This document shows, piece after piece, positions 1 to 13,225 of a stretch of DNA of 40,502 bases. The stretch is from assembly GCF_001194135.2 (NCBI RefSeq), contig NC_068989.1, positions 61,682,047 to 61,722,548 on the forward strand. The letters run 5' to 3'. Below the pieces are notes generated by a model, which saw only the letters and a program-made list of their open reading frames with translations, searched no databases and was not told the origin of the DNA. Made by a program: the position numbers and the translations under genes. Position 1 is the stretch's first letter; each line of letters begins with the position of its first letter. The DNA is from Octopus bimaculoides (taxonomy: Eukaryota).

Positions 1-1087
1 ATATATATATAAATATATATAGTGCGTGGTAAAATAAAGAAGCAGTTGGTTTAATTTCCAATTGTGCTTCGATAACCGTAAAAAAAACTGTGCTACAATA
101 TTGTCCTGCCAAAACCTAACGTTCCTTGCTTGTATGTATGCTGCTCGGTGCCAGTTGGAGTAGTGTTACTACTAGAAGCTACCGAACCCATTGTGAGGCT
201 TCGTCGTCAGCTTTTGAAAATATTTCCATCCATTGCAAACTGTATAAGAAAGTAATAGATAATATATTATGAAAATGACAATGATTCCGGGCATGAATTC
301 TGTTCTATCAGCTTTTGGGCCTGTAGGTGCTAAATATTTAGTCGAACATACGAACGATTTTCGAAGCAACAAAATGAGGAAACTGACGAACAGTGTGGCC
401 TGATGCGAAAGTACTGAACAAGAGAAATCCGTGCATTTATGATTGATTTTTTCGTATTTTCTCAGATGACAATCAATATTTGAGTAATTAAGCAGATATC
501 GCTTTTTTATTCTCAGATTATATTCCTGAAACATTAATTATCGTTTTGGAAAGCGAAAGAGAATGAATTCATTACGGATGCATCTGGTAAAACGATCAAG
601 TTCTGTTTGAGAAGCATAAATGAATCTGATACAAGTTGGTTAAAACAAATTCATTCAATACAATATGGAAGGAAATATAAGAACTTTGTCAACTCACTAA
701 CTGTAATCCTGCATTTTAGACAGTAGCGATATATAGTTCAAAGAATTAATGGTAGATATAGCTCTGTGCTACTTAACATCTAACATATTAAAACAGTTCT
801 ATGTCTATTAAGCATTTCCACTTTGCAGGCTTCCGAAACTTTAACCATGCAAGAGAAAAGAAATAAAAATCCGAAAGAAAGTAAAATGTATAAAAAAAAA
901 AAAGAAAAATTAATTGATCGATGGAATGGCTGACTGCAAAAAATTAATGGATATATAAATACAAAAGCATATGGAAACTATGAAGTGTATAATGAATAAT
1001 AAGTAATCTATATAGTTGTAGGAAATGCTTCCAAAAGAAATCAATACGGCTCGACTATTTCCTGTACAAAATCAAGTGAGATTATTT

Positions 1088-1104
1088 GTACGTATATATG
1101 AATG

Positions 1105-1138
<34 letters not shown>

Positions 1139-1214
1139 TGTATGTATGTATGTATGTATGTATGTATACACATATATGCATGTGCGTATGTTTCTACTGT
1201 GAATACATACAAAG

Positions 1215-1247
<33 letters not shown>
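1088..1247. repeat. (TATG)n and (AT)n microsatellites
   Basis: Direct inspection. Similar AT/AC/AG tracts lie at about 2115-2165, 4400-4430, 5159-5290, 8745-8838, 10870-10990, 11277-11400, 22140-22280, 26735-26800, 31270-31330, 33170-33300, 36660-36900 and 39220-39300. Confidence 0.95.
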
Positions 1248-1250
<3 letters not shown>

Positions 1251-1986
1251 TGGCAGGTCATGCACTTAAATTTCAAATAAAAGAACATGTTTTATATAAA
1301 CAATCAGCTTCATTATATATCAATAAAAGCATTCTTATATGACCAAAAATCGATACTTAGAGATGAGTTTTGTACTTTTATACCGAAAAAAATTCTGCTA
1401 AATATGATAATCAACTATCTGTTTATTTATGTAAATATACGATGTGCCTCTCGAGGTACCTATCTACGTATCTACCGATATGTAATTTACGAGGATTCAT
1501 TAATCTAGAAGTGTGCTAGTTGAACTTGTACCAAAGTAAAATATAAGTTAAATGTAAACATACTCAGATATGACTAAATAGATATGCGACCTCTAAAAAT
1601 AACAAGACACCATGTACTTTTACTATATTCTGGTGTTAACTTTTTTTTGTTTTCTTAGTCACAAGAGAATGCAACTTCTATTTCAGCATCGTGGCTACAA
1701 AACACCAGTTAATTTTAAGAGGAATCGCATCGAACGTAAACATGGTTTATCAAATATTTGCCAGTCAAAAATATTTGTAACCTACAGCTGTACGATTGTA
1801 ATTTAAGAGAATTTGGTTGATGAAATGAGGTAAAAAGCAAAACAAATCAAAACAAAATATATTTGTTATGAAGAATGGAATATGAATTCAGTAACTGAGA
1901 TTAACTTGGATTTCTTCTGGGAATCGTGTTGGAATCTTCTAGAAGATTATTGTAATTAATGATTTATTCATTCTACGGAATACCGT

Positions 1987-2112
1987 ATACCTTGAAGCAT
2001 TAAGCCTGCTTATCGTTATAGCATAGCAATACACTCACACATCTATGGATTATTGAATATCTTGAAGCATTAAGGCTGCCTAGCATCAAAACATAAAAAT
2101 ACTCTTACACTT
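1987..2112. repeat. Diverged two-copy tandem repeat, ~70-bp unit
   Basis: CTTGAAGCATTAAG(C/G)CTGC occurs twice with similar downstream sequence. Confidence 0.7.
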
Positions 2113-5100
2113 ACGCTCTCTTTCTCTCTCTCTCTCTCACACGCACACACGCACACATACACACATCTGTATATTTATTTATATGTGCTACTAGCGCTTG
2201 TGCTAAGTGGACCCAAGCTGGGGGCTTTATCAACCCTGGCTCATTCGCCTGAGTGAATATCTCTCACGTTGAAGGACCTGAAACGCGCAATGACTCCAGG
2301 AAGCATCGATGCTGATATCTCCAGGTGTAACCATTATGGTGCAAGGGAAAAACCAGCTTATGTTTACATTACGTGCTTCACTTTTAAGTCTCATAAGTGA
2401 TTTGAGCTAGATGCTGCTTTTGTTCTGTCTACTTCAGACGATATATTGTGTTGTTTATCTATTCCGTTTCTTACTGCAATGTAGTCCTTGATGCTTTTCG
2501 ATCGTGTGACACTGTTTCATTGCAAGAAGCAGGCATAATCTGTACGCTTGAAATGGGATGGGGCTCAGGTGCGTGGCAGTGATCGTGACTTTCGCAATTC
2601 CTCCGAAACGCGATGGCTTACGCAATAAAAAAATTAACGAGAAAAGAAAGGCTAAATAAAAATAAAAAAAATAAATGTGTACACAACTCATGGCTATTAA
2701 ACAGGTATACAACGGTGCAAAAATGAACCACCTTATGCCTTATATATATATATTATTTTAAAATTCCTCTGAAAAATGTTTGACCAAAATTAATATGCTC
2801 AAATCCAAATATCGGTCAAAAAATCATAATCAAAAAATTTACCTCTTCCTTCACCTCAACAACTGCTAGAATATTTGTGATTTTCTATTATTTTCCTCCA
2901 TTTTATATTTTCCTTCCGTTTCTTCCAAATACATTTAGTCCCCACTCAAATTCCTCCACCACATGAGACATACACACACATACTCATATTTGCTGAACAA
3001 CGGATCGCCTACAGCTCACCTCATATTCTTTCTGATGTGGAATTCGAATAATTAGATATAAGGGACAAGTTGGCATAGCCATAAGTAATGATAGCTTCTT
3101 GAATACTCAATGCTAAGAGGCATTGGCTACTGTTTTGAACATCTCGCCTCCAACTACGTACAGTATATGCATAGCTGTATAACGGTAATTTCACTTTACT
3201 CGTTGATAATTGTATAGGTGCGTGTGGATACATACATACGTACAAACACTCACACACACACAGACACACATATATATATGTGGTGCCCCAGCATGACCAC
3301 ATCTTTAAAGTTGAAACAAGTTAAAGAGTTATAGATCTGTGTGTGTGTTTGTGTGTGTTAGCGTGCATGTATATATATACACACACACATAACTGTGCAT
3401 CATTGTATGTATGAACGTATATGAAAGATTCAACACAACGCAGGGTGCAATTGAAAACTATAGGAAATATTAACAGAATTGTAAACGCACAAAAGAAAGT
3501 GAAAATCCAATTTGTGTCTGATCCAATAAATAGAAATGGTTTTGAATTATTTATGGGAAAATTTGCATCCCTGCGTTTATTATGGAGAGTAAATTTCATC
3601 AATAATGCAATAAAAAGAATATTATTTATGGAATACTTTATGAACGACACGCCTGACGAAATTACATGAAGCTCTGTCTTTGTTTTTATGACAGTAAGTC
3701 ACGTTCCAGAATTGCACTGTGTAAGCAATATTACTTCTTTTAGTTTCTCATGCAACTGTATGAGTGTTACTTAGCGTGGAAATGTGTTGGTGAAGCAGAT
3801 CAATGATTTTGATGAATTACGATTGCCTATCATATTATCAAAATCTATTTTGTTTGCTTTACTAGTTAGCGCTTCAGGCGTATCTTTTCAGTTTCGGTTT
3901 GTTCTGGGATGTTGAATAATTCATTGCTCAGTATGGCCACACGTTCATCTGTATATTATATTTCAATATATAAACTTCACGTTCATATTTACGCACGGAT
4001 TACTAATCATTTTATTCTGATTTAAACTTTTTTTTTTCTTTCCAGTATCTGTAGAGGGTAAAATTGTTTTACGTGTTTGTATTTTACTTTCTATGAAATT
4101 AAAGACAACAACTTTTTGAGTCTAATACACAAGAGTTAGGTCTAGACAGAAATAAATATTATAAAATATTTTCTCTTCTCCGTCTCAGTAATAATTTCAA
4201 ATATAACCTCATTACTGGACGTCTCAGGAGTGAATGAATATCAGTAATTCCTAGAGTTTTGTGTGCAAAGAAGCTCTAGCGTACATATTTAACTGCAATA
4301 ATTTAGCTCTAGTTTGGAGATCTTCAGCGCTATCTATCTACTATATAGACTGTATCAGAAAATGGATTTAGAAATCTCTCTCTTTCTCTCTCACTCTTTG
4401 TATATATATATATATATATATATATACATANNNNNNNNNNNNNNNNNNNNNNNNNNNNNNNNNNNNNNNNNNNNNNNNNNNNNNNNNNNNNNNNNNNNNN
4501 NNNNNNNNNNNNNNNNNNNNNNNNNNNNNNNNNNNNNNNNNNNNNNNNNNNNNNNNNNNNNNNNNNNNNNNNNNNNNNNNNNNNNNNNNNNNNNNNNNNN
4601 NNNNNNNNNNNNNNNNNNNNNNNNNNNNNNNNNNNNNNNNNNNNNNNNNNNNNNNNNNNNNNNNNNNNNNNNNNNNNNNNNNNNNNNNNNNNNNNNNNNN
4701 NNNNNNNNNNNNNNNNNNNNNNNNNNNNNNNNNNNNNNNNNNNNNNNNNNNNNNNNNNNNNNNNNNNNNNNNNNNNNNNNNNNNNNNNNNNNNNNNNNNN
4801 NNNNNNNNNNNNNNNNNNNNNNNNNNNNNNNNNNNNNNNNNNNNNNNNNNNNNNNNNNNNNNNNNNNNNNNNNNNNNNNNNNNNNNNNNNNNNNNNNNNN
4901 NNNNNNNNNNNNNNNNNNNNNNNNNNNNNNNNNNNNNNNNNNNNNNNNNNNNNNNNNNNNNNNNNNNNNNNNNNNNNNNNNNNNNNNNNNNNNNNNNNNN
5001 NNNNNNNNNNNNNNNNNNNNNNNNNNNNNNNNNNNNNNNNNNNNNNNNNNNNNNNNNNNNNNNNNNNNNNNNNNNNNNNNNNNNNNNNNNNNNNNNNNNN

Positions 5101-5158
5101 NNNNNNNNNNNNNNNNNNNNNNNNNNNNNNNNNNNNNNNNNNNNNNNNNNNNNNNNNN

Positions 5159-5205
<47 letters not shown>

Positions 5206-5747
5206 TATATGAGTCTATATAAATATATACATGAATAGATATATGAATATATATCGATAGATAGATAGATAAATAGATGCATGTATGTGTGTGTGTAATA
5301 AAGATCCTGCATTTTAAAACTGATGCGATACTCTTCGTATGTATTATATATACAGAAATGTGTATTTAGAGCGATCACTTGTGGTCCAGAAGATTCAATT
5401 TCCGGTTCAAAATTACATCATTTATATAATATCGACTTTATTACGTCACTTGAATATCAGGTAATATACCTGCTATTATATAAAACGGCTAATGGCCTAA
5501 TGACACGAAGTAGCCTGACGCTTTATGGAAAATTTGTTCTATCTTCATAACTTTAACGTCCGCTGATGACAGTGAAATAACAACCAAAACGAACTGTCAT
5601 GGCTGATATAGCTCACTATTTTATAATTAGATTTTGAGTTACTACCGGATAAGAATTTATATCAAGCCTGTATATTAATTCCATTAAACTACTTCACAAT
5701 ATTGAATATGTAATTATGAGTTCAATTTCAAAATCCCAAACAAAACA

Positions 5748-5804
5748 AGTAGTAGTAGTAGTAGTACAAGTAGTAGTAGCAGCAGCATCAGCAGCAGCAG
5801 CAAC

Positions 5805-5853
<49 letters not shown>

Positions 5854-5944
5854 TGGCCGCAGCAACATTAGCAGTTGAAGCTGTAGCAGCAACAGCATCA
5901 CTACCAGTAGCAGTAGCAGCAACAGCAGCAGTAGTAGTAATAGT

Positions 5945-5997
<53 letters not shown>

Positions 5998-6015
5998 TAG
6001 TAGTAGTAGCAGTAG
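5748..6015. repeat. Compound (AGT)n/(AGC)n microsatellite
   Basis: Direct inspection; it accounts for ORFs 5788-6024 and 5853-6044. Confidence 0.95.
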
Positions 6016-6275
6016 TTGCTGCATTTTCTGCTCCTGACTCGTAGCCTAATTAAACGCTGAGCAAAATCTAACTATGCTGCTCTCTATGGTGAAACAGAGG
6101 AATGAGGAGGGGAATCCAGGATTAGTTCTAGAGGAACGCCTCTGTACTATTTATTTCTAATCAATGCGTCACTAGGAAATCAGGATTGTATCTATCTTTA
6201 TCTTCAGGTGATCCGGTGCCCATGCGAAACGTGAGTAGAATAACACTAAAGAGTCCACAGTAAAACAAAACTTAC

Positions 6276-6314
6276 AGTAACGTGCTGGTGTATCTCTGGC
6301 AACATAGTTGTGAT
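6276..6314 (-). CDS. Candidate 39-nt symmetric exon, unidentified gene
   Basis: tctctctctactag|ATCACAAC...CGTTACT|gtaagt: strong acceptor and consensus donor. All three frames are open, so the peptide is ambiguous (phase 1 gives DHNYVARDTPARY). Confidence 0.25.
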
Positions 6315-6949
6315 CTAGTAGAGAGAGACATGAGTGTGACGCCGTTAGCAGGAGACGTTGGGAAGTGAAGTATAGTATCAGAATAAATCAGGGAACACTA
6401 AGCTAAGAGAAGTTAGCATAAGTCAAAGCATTTATGGACATCATAGGAGAAATGAACAATTTAAGCAAAGTAACAATTGTGAAATGAAAACGAAAACTGG
6501 AAAAATGAAAAAAATATATTAATGAAAAACTGAAGCAGTGTGAATGGGTGAAAGTTCAATAAATTACAGGAACTGTAAGGAAACCTCGGGAAATCATCGT
6601 TTTAAATATTAGAGTAAAAACTTAATTCAGTTTAGTAAATTTATAAAATCGAAAGTGAATATTAGACTACGCGCGTTTCATGGCCACATAATAGTGGAAA
6701 AGATCCGTGCAATTTGCAGTAAATCGATCAAGATAATTTCCACTCAAAATGAGGACACTCTTCAGGTCTTCTAAATTAAAAAAAATGTATCCTAATATTT
6801 AAAAATGCGATAAAATAAAGTAGGGTAAAGTAGAAATATCTGTACATTTAAGCAATTATTAGTACAATACATAAAATGTTAAGGTTTTATAATAATAATC
6901 ATTTGACAAGTTAAAGGCATAATTCGTCTAATGAAGAAATACTTTCTGT

Positions 6950-7361
6950 AGATTAAGAATAGGTAAACATATAAAAATATAATGTTATTAATTATTAAAT
7001 GATTTCGGACGTTCAACAGTATTAATAAAAAGAACAGCATCACATATCTTATCGAAGATTCCTTGTTTCCCGTTTATATACATACTTCGTCATTTTATTC
7101 ATTTAATACGCTCTTCTTCTCCTTATAACGGCATATTTTCACGTGATTTTATAAAGTTTAATATTTGTGGTCACGAGTGAACGCCATTTTGTCACGTGAC
7201 ACACGTTGTATAAATTCTATACTTAGTGGGTTATACTACAGTCAACAAGGAATCTTCGATAAGTTAAGTGATGTTGTTCTTTTTATTAATACTGCTGAAT
7301 GTCCTAATTCATTTAATAGTTAATAACACTATCTTTTTATATGTTTTCCTATTCTTAATCT
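6950..7361. mobile_element. Fold-back MITE-like element with long terminal inverted repeats
   Basis: Arms 6950-7065 and 7246-7361 are 116 bp each and align without gaps as reverse complements with 11 mismatches (hand count); 180-bp spacer; no ORF. Weaker inverted similarity continues outward; no TSD identified. Confidence 0.75.
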
Positions 7362-8146
7362 TTTTCTTATATCATCAGTAAATGAAGTTATTACCGTGTT
7401 GAACTTCAAATATGCCAGCATGGTATCCTTGCGTACATTTCTGTTTACGTCATTAAACACAGAAAGTTTATATCTTGAATTTCATTGATAGCAGCATGCA
7501 AAATAGCGAGTCTGACTGACGTTACAAGCAAAAAAAGGTACAAAGAAGAAATTAAATAGTAATTTGTTCGTAAGTAGAAATGCAAACAAGAAAGATTCTA
7601 AGATAACATTGATACGGATGGATTAACACACTGGCAAGTATTTTGCAACATCACAGAACAAACAACTCACAAGATATTCAAGTGGCGAAAAATTATGAAG
7701 CAAATAAGATAACTTTAGATAAATTCCATAAGCCAGCGTAAGGCATCAAAATCATTGATCTTCTATTCCAACTCATTCGTCTAGGTAAGAATGTTACTGC
7801 TGCATGGTGTTAGTCAAAATAAATATTGAGATGATCAATTGAGCTTTTCTCTTCTAAGAAATGAAAATAACAGTGTGTTATTCAGCTATCAAACGTGACT
7901 TACTGTCATAAAAAACTAAAACAATGCTATTTCATCAGTATTATCATCCATGAAGCATTTCATGAATAATATCGAAATAAATACAAATTCTGTTTCTTGT
8001 TATTGATAGAATATTTTTTCCATAATATACAGGCAAATGTAAATTTTACAATAAGTAATTCAAAATCATTTCTATTTGATAGAAGGAGGTCTAAATAAAG
8101 ATGTTAAATTTCATTGCGTGACTATAATCCTCTTAATAACCTTTCT

Positions 8147-8351
8147 CCCATCTGCACAAGGCCTGACATTTTGGGTGACGGGACCACTCGATTTCATCAA
8201 CCCCAGTGCTTCACTGCTACTTAATTTATCGACCCCGAAAGGATGAAAGACTAAGTCGACCTCGGCGGAATTTGAACTCAGAACGTAGAGACGAACGAAA
8301 TACCACAAAATATTTCGCTTGGCGTGCTAAAAATTCTGCAACCTCGCCGCC
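8147..8351 (-). mobile_element. tRNA-derived SINE (Octopus-type family A), near full length
   Basis: The minus strand reads GGCGAGGTTGCAGAATTTTTAGC (A-box-like) ... GAGTTCAAATTCC (B box) ... GAGGTCGAC...TTTCATCCTTTCGGGGTCGATAAAT. The same body recurs at 13.0, 32.0-32.8 and 34.0-35.1 kb. Confidence 0.85.
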
Positions 8352-8744
8352 ATGTATAACCCTCTTAATATCAACGAAAACGTTTCTTTTGCAACCTATA
8401 GATGTTTGATGCTTGTTTTACCATTTACACAAGCGCACACACGCACATACACATGAGCAAGTATATCAATTTGCTAATCCAACTTAACTGCGATAAGTTG
8501 TTTTAAAAGGTATAGGCTGCGGTAATCGTCCTGAGAAATTATTTCGTATAGATGTTAAGTGCTAAAACTGCACAGATTATATCGGCAGATGATATTTGGC
8601 CAAAACCGGTCGATGGGAATGTTGGATAACATGATTTACACTTCATCACCAAGAGAGACCCTACTATCAAACGATAGATTTATCAATATCTATCTATCTG
8701 ATTCTCAATCTCCTTTCCTCCCCATCTCTCTCTGTATGTTTCTG

Positions 8745-8777
<33 letters not shown>

Positions 8778-10107
8778 ATGTGTGTGTATATGTGTGTGTG
8801 CGTTTGTGTGTATGTGTGTGTATGTGTGTGTGTGTGTACCAAAAATGCGTTACTCATGATTTGGATAAAACCTATATTATAAAACTCTTCTCATGAGGAA
8901 TCCGTCAGAGTGTTTAAGGCCTTAAAATCACTTCTTGATGTATCCATTACTATGAGACTCTTGCTAAGGTGATATGTGTCTTGTATATCATATTTTTATA
9001 GCTTGTTACTACTTTTGGTCCTTTTATGTCCGTTTAAAGCGGTGAGGTCAGGGATCTTAATATATATATACATTATATATNNNNNNNNNNNNNNNNNNNN
9101 NNNNNNNNNNNNNNNNNNNNNNNNNNNNNNNNNNNNNNNNNNNNNNNNNNNNNNNNNNNNNNNNNNNNNNNNNNNNNNNNNNNNNNNNNNNNNNNNNNNN
9201 NNNNNNNNNNNNNNNNNNNNNNNNNNNNNNNNNNNNNNNNNNNNNNNNNNNNNNNNNNNNNNNNNNNNNNNNNNNNNNNNNNNNNNNNNNNNNNNNNNNN
9301 NNNNNNNNNNNNNNNNNNNNNNNNNNNNNNNATATATATATATATATATAAATATGTCTGTGTGTATGTGTGCGTGTAGGTATAAGTTTATATGGTTATA
9401 AATAAGTAAATATATATATGTATACATAAATATATACATACATATATATATATTTACTTATTTATTACCATATAAACTTATACTTACATTCTTAATTGAG
9501 GCATTTGATATTAAATTTCGTTGAGTATATTTAGTTAATGATATACAAGTTTAGCATTATCGCCTGTGTATATGTTTATATCATACAATATTAATATCAG
9601 AATTTACATTCTTTTTATATTGTTCATTTTCTTCTTTTTCACTGCTTTTCTAATGTTGCTTTACTAGGTAGAAATTTTAAAGTAGTCACAACTATAGAGG
9701 ATGACGCAACAATATAGTCGCAGGAATGGTGACGAAGCTTTGTACAGGTTTACACCTATATAGAATTTAATTATTATATTTCATAGAATGTGCCAAAATC
9801 ATGTTATACACTTTATTCTCGTAAATATCTTTAGATGCTTAATTTATGTATTGAAAATGGCAGCATCAGCATTTCATAAAGATGACAACGAAACTTATTA
9901 ACGTCTCTAAATTTATGAAACGCCTCTTCACGTCTATAATGAAGATAATTACATATAAACCGCATTGCCCACACAGTTGTATATAGCACAATGGAACATC
10001 ACTGGTACAAATACCCGAATTATTGTATATTAATTTACTCCCGGTTTCAATTCAACCTACAGATTTGTGCATTCTAACAAAGAGTTGTCGCATAAAATAG
10101 GCCTAAA

Positions 10108-10151
10108 TTATTACGGTTAATTATATATTTTATTACGGTTAATTATATATT
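10108..10151. repeat. Perfect 22-bp tandem duplication
   Basis: TTATTACGGTTAATTATATATT at 10108-10129 and 10130-10151. Confidence 0.95.
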
Positions 10152-10892
10152 ATATCCATCGCATAAAGTTGCTGAAGTTTAACAGTTCATTTCTAATGAA
10201 ACGCTTCACCGTTATGTTCAGAACTAAATATACCATCGAATATAATTTTAACTGTCTATCCATTACCATGTAGCTTTACTCAAATATTGCCATGGAACTA
10301 TGATATATAATTTCAAAACTTTCAGACAACAAGAATAGGTTATTGTAGTATTAAACATTCTGGATGCAATTTCAGATGCATAAAATTCATGAAGAATGGA
10401 CTCCATTTTACAACATCTTAGAGCATCAATGAAATAATATATGTCTCGTCGAATTCTCGGAATAAACACATATTGTAATAATCATAGAAGTTAAACTATT
10501 ATATATAGTTTGTTTTTCACAGAGTCCAGTATCAAAAACAATCAGAATGTTGCAAGAAACGTGAAAGCAAAATATAAAATAATCACACGTTATTTCAGCA
10601 CTGAGAGAAAGTGAAGATCATTTTTGTTAGGTTAAAATTAATTTTAGAAATGTCACAGGGCATTCCAATTCATGTTTATCTGGTTTAAAAATTAATGTAA
10701 AGGCAAGAATATGAGTTGATGATTTCCAGTTTCAATTTAACCAAAATCGTATATTTGAATTATATATGAAAGGGAAGTACTTTACCAGAGATATTAGCTT
10801 TTTATTTTTAACTTAATTTAATAGTAGAGCTATAAACATGGAAACGTTTTGAGATAAGCATGTAAAATTTACGCACACACACAACACACGTC

Positions 10893-10932
<40 letters not shown>

Positions 10933-11276
10933 TATATATATATATATGTATATATACATTATATATATATACATATATATATACACACACATTGATATAG
11001 GTGTGTATGCGCGTGAATCTGTGTGGATGTAATCATATGTCGACAGCTGTATATGAACGCATGTATATATNNNNNNNNNNNNNNNNNNNNNNNNNNNNNN
11101 NNNNNNNNNNNNNNNNNNNNNNNNNNNNNNNNNNNNNNNNNNNNNNNNNNNNNNNNNNNNNNNNNNNNNNNNNNNNNNNNNNNNNNNNNNNNNNNNNNNN
11201 NNNNNNNNNNNNNNNNNNNNNNNNNNNNNNNNNNNNNNNNNNNNNNNNNNNNNNNNNNNNNNNNNNNNNNNNNNNN

Positions 11277-11321
<45 letters not shown>

Positions 11322-13029
11322 TTGTGTGTGTTTGTGTGTGTGTGTGGTGTGTGTGTGTGTGTGCGTGTGCATTTGTGTGCTTGTGTACTCGCATGTGCAA
11401 TTGTATATGGATACATATGTACTTATTCATATTCACATATTTGTGTCATACAAAGGAACATTTTTCAATGAAAGAATTGACAAAAGAATGAAAGTGCCAA
11501 ATATCACAAAGTTTTGAACACTATATTATGTATAGATGCAATAAATTCTGTATAAACCACTTTGTTGCAGTAAATGGTGTATTTCTTTAAAAGCAAACAA
11601 TGGTTCTTTTCACAGAAGATATAAACACAGGATAATAGCAAAAATATTTCTTAAAACTTGAAGCAGCGTAAATTACTCAGAGAAATGCATAATCGTTGAG
11701 AAAATATGCGCTCTAATGTTTATATTTTAAAAGATATTAGATAAGTGTTTTAGAGATGTATTTAACTTTCAGGTAGCATTCATCATTTCATTTAACTAAG
11801 AAATAGTTGATAACTGTAACGTCCCTACTTTATTCTAATATTTTAAAAGGAAACCAAGCAAATGAGTGTAAAATTGTAAAAGGTCTTACTGTGAATATTT
11901 TGGCATTTTTTATTCCTGGCTTAACTTTTCAGAAATGTGCGTTTATCTGCTTTATGCCTATTATGTAACCAAGGGAAATATATTGTGTAATAATGTAAAG
12001 CCACCGTTCGATTAGTTCTGGTGCCCAACTCTAAGCATCATAAAAATTAAATGAATCATAAATTACACCATATTCATGAGAAAAGGTGTTTTCTATTCTT
12101 AGACTTAAGATAACTGATGCTGTTGCGAAAGAACCCCTTCTCTTTTTGATCTACTGAGGCCTTTGTACATTTTACTGAGTGCCGTTAATGAAATTTTGTT
12201 ACTAAGGTAATTAGTGTAGAAAAAAAAATCCATGCTCACGGTATCAAACGCTTTGTATAAACAAATTTAGCACAAAATAGAACCCAATTCCTAATTGATA
12301 GAATGCTAGTTACTTTTAAAGAGGAACTAAAAATTGAAATTTGGATATAAATATAATAGAATACCTTGTAAAAGTTGTCGAGAATATATCTACACCATCA
12401 CTTTCAGCATCTTTTGATATATATATATATATATATACACACACGATAACAATGTAAATATTTATAATGAGTTGAATAAAAAATGTTCTGCAAGTTGACT
12501 TCTCTGAGTTTTGTTCAAACATTGATATCTAAAATCAAATATTTCATATACTAAAATAAAACTGTGGTATTTTCTTGCAATAATCTCTGCGCAAAACGCT
12601 TTTGTATCCACAAAACAAGAAGGAACACTTTACCTCATCTTAAAATTATCTTTTATTGGTTTGGTCACAGGCTATAAAATATAACAGAAATAAATGAAAT
12701 GAAATATTGTCATTATTTTTGTTTTGCAAATTTGAACATCATTATCTGAATAAAAGCCATCGAAGAAGAATTAAAAACAGCAACCGTTGTGAGAAATATG
12801 TTCGCAAGTATGTTCTCAAATATAAAATGCAATTTATCATGAGTAAGAATATGACTAGTACTCCGTAATTTTATTACAATTAAATGTAATTTAGAACAAA
12901 CATTCTCTAGAACCAAAATTATAGAGAAGTAATGCATATACAATTATAATTGGAGCGGTAAAAGTGTATAAGACTCATTTAGCATGGATCGTTGTACATG
13001 ACATATTCATCATTAAATGTTTTGTATTA

Positions 13030-13225
13030 GGCAGCGAGGTAGCATATTGTTAGCGTATCAGACAAAATTGTTTAGCATTACGTTCTGAGTTCAAATCTCA
13101 CTGGTCTCAAGTTTGCCTGTCATTCCTCAAGGATCATTATTATAAGTATCAGTCAAATACTGAGGCTTATGTACTTGACTTATCCCCCATCTAAAACGCA
13201 TAAACTTGTGCCAAGTCTTGAAATG
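13030..13225 (+). mobile_element. Degenerate SINE, family A
   Basis: GGCAGCGAGGTAGCATATTGTTAGC head, GAGTTCAAATC B box at 13088-13098, 3' part ...CTTGTGCCAAG...; homologous to the 8147-8351 copy. Confidence 0.7.

Noticed and set aside
172-534. 120-aa minus-strand ORF with two hydrophobic stretches
   Set aside because: No recognisable family. By rough estimate about one ORF this long is expected by chance in this much AT-rich DNA. It could still hide an exon.
5788-6044. Poly-Leu/Tyr and poly-Ala/Val ORFs
   Set aside because: They are translations of the (AGT)/(AGC) microsatellite with no unique sequence.
8147-8351. tRNA gene (A and B boxes present)
   Set aside because: No cloverleaf, and the boxes continue into a multi-copy SINE body; the same applies to the other SINE heads.
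10326-10340. TYSCC on the minus strand, resembling nAChR loop C
   Set aside because: The following residues (LKVLKLY) lack the E/P-x-Y-x-D pattern and no other nAChR motifs are nearby.
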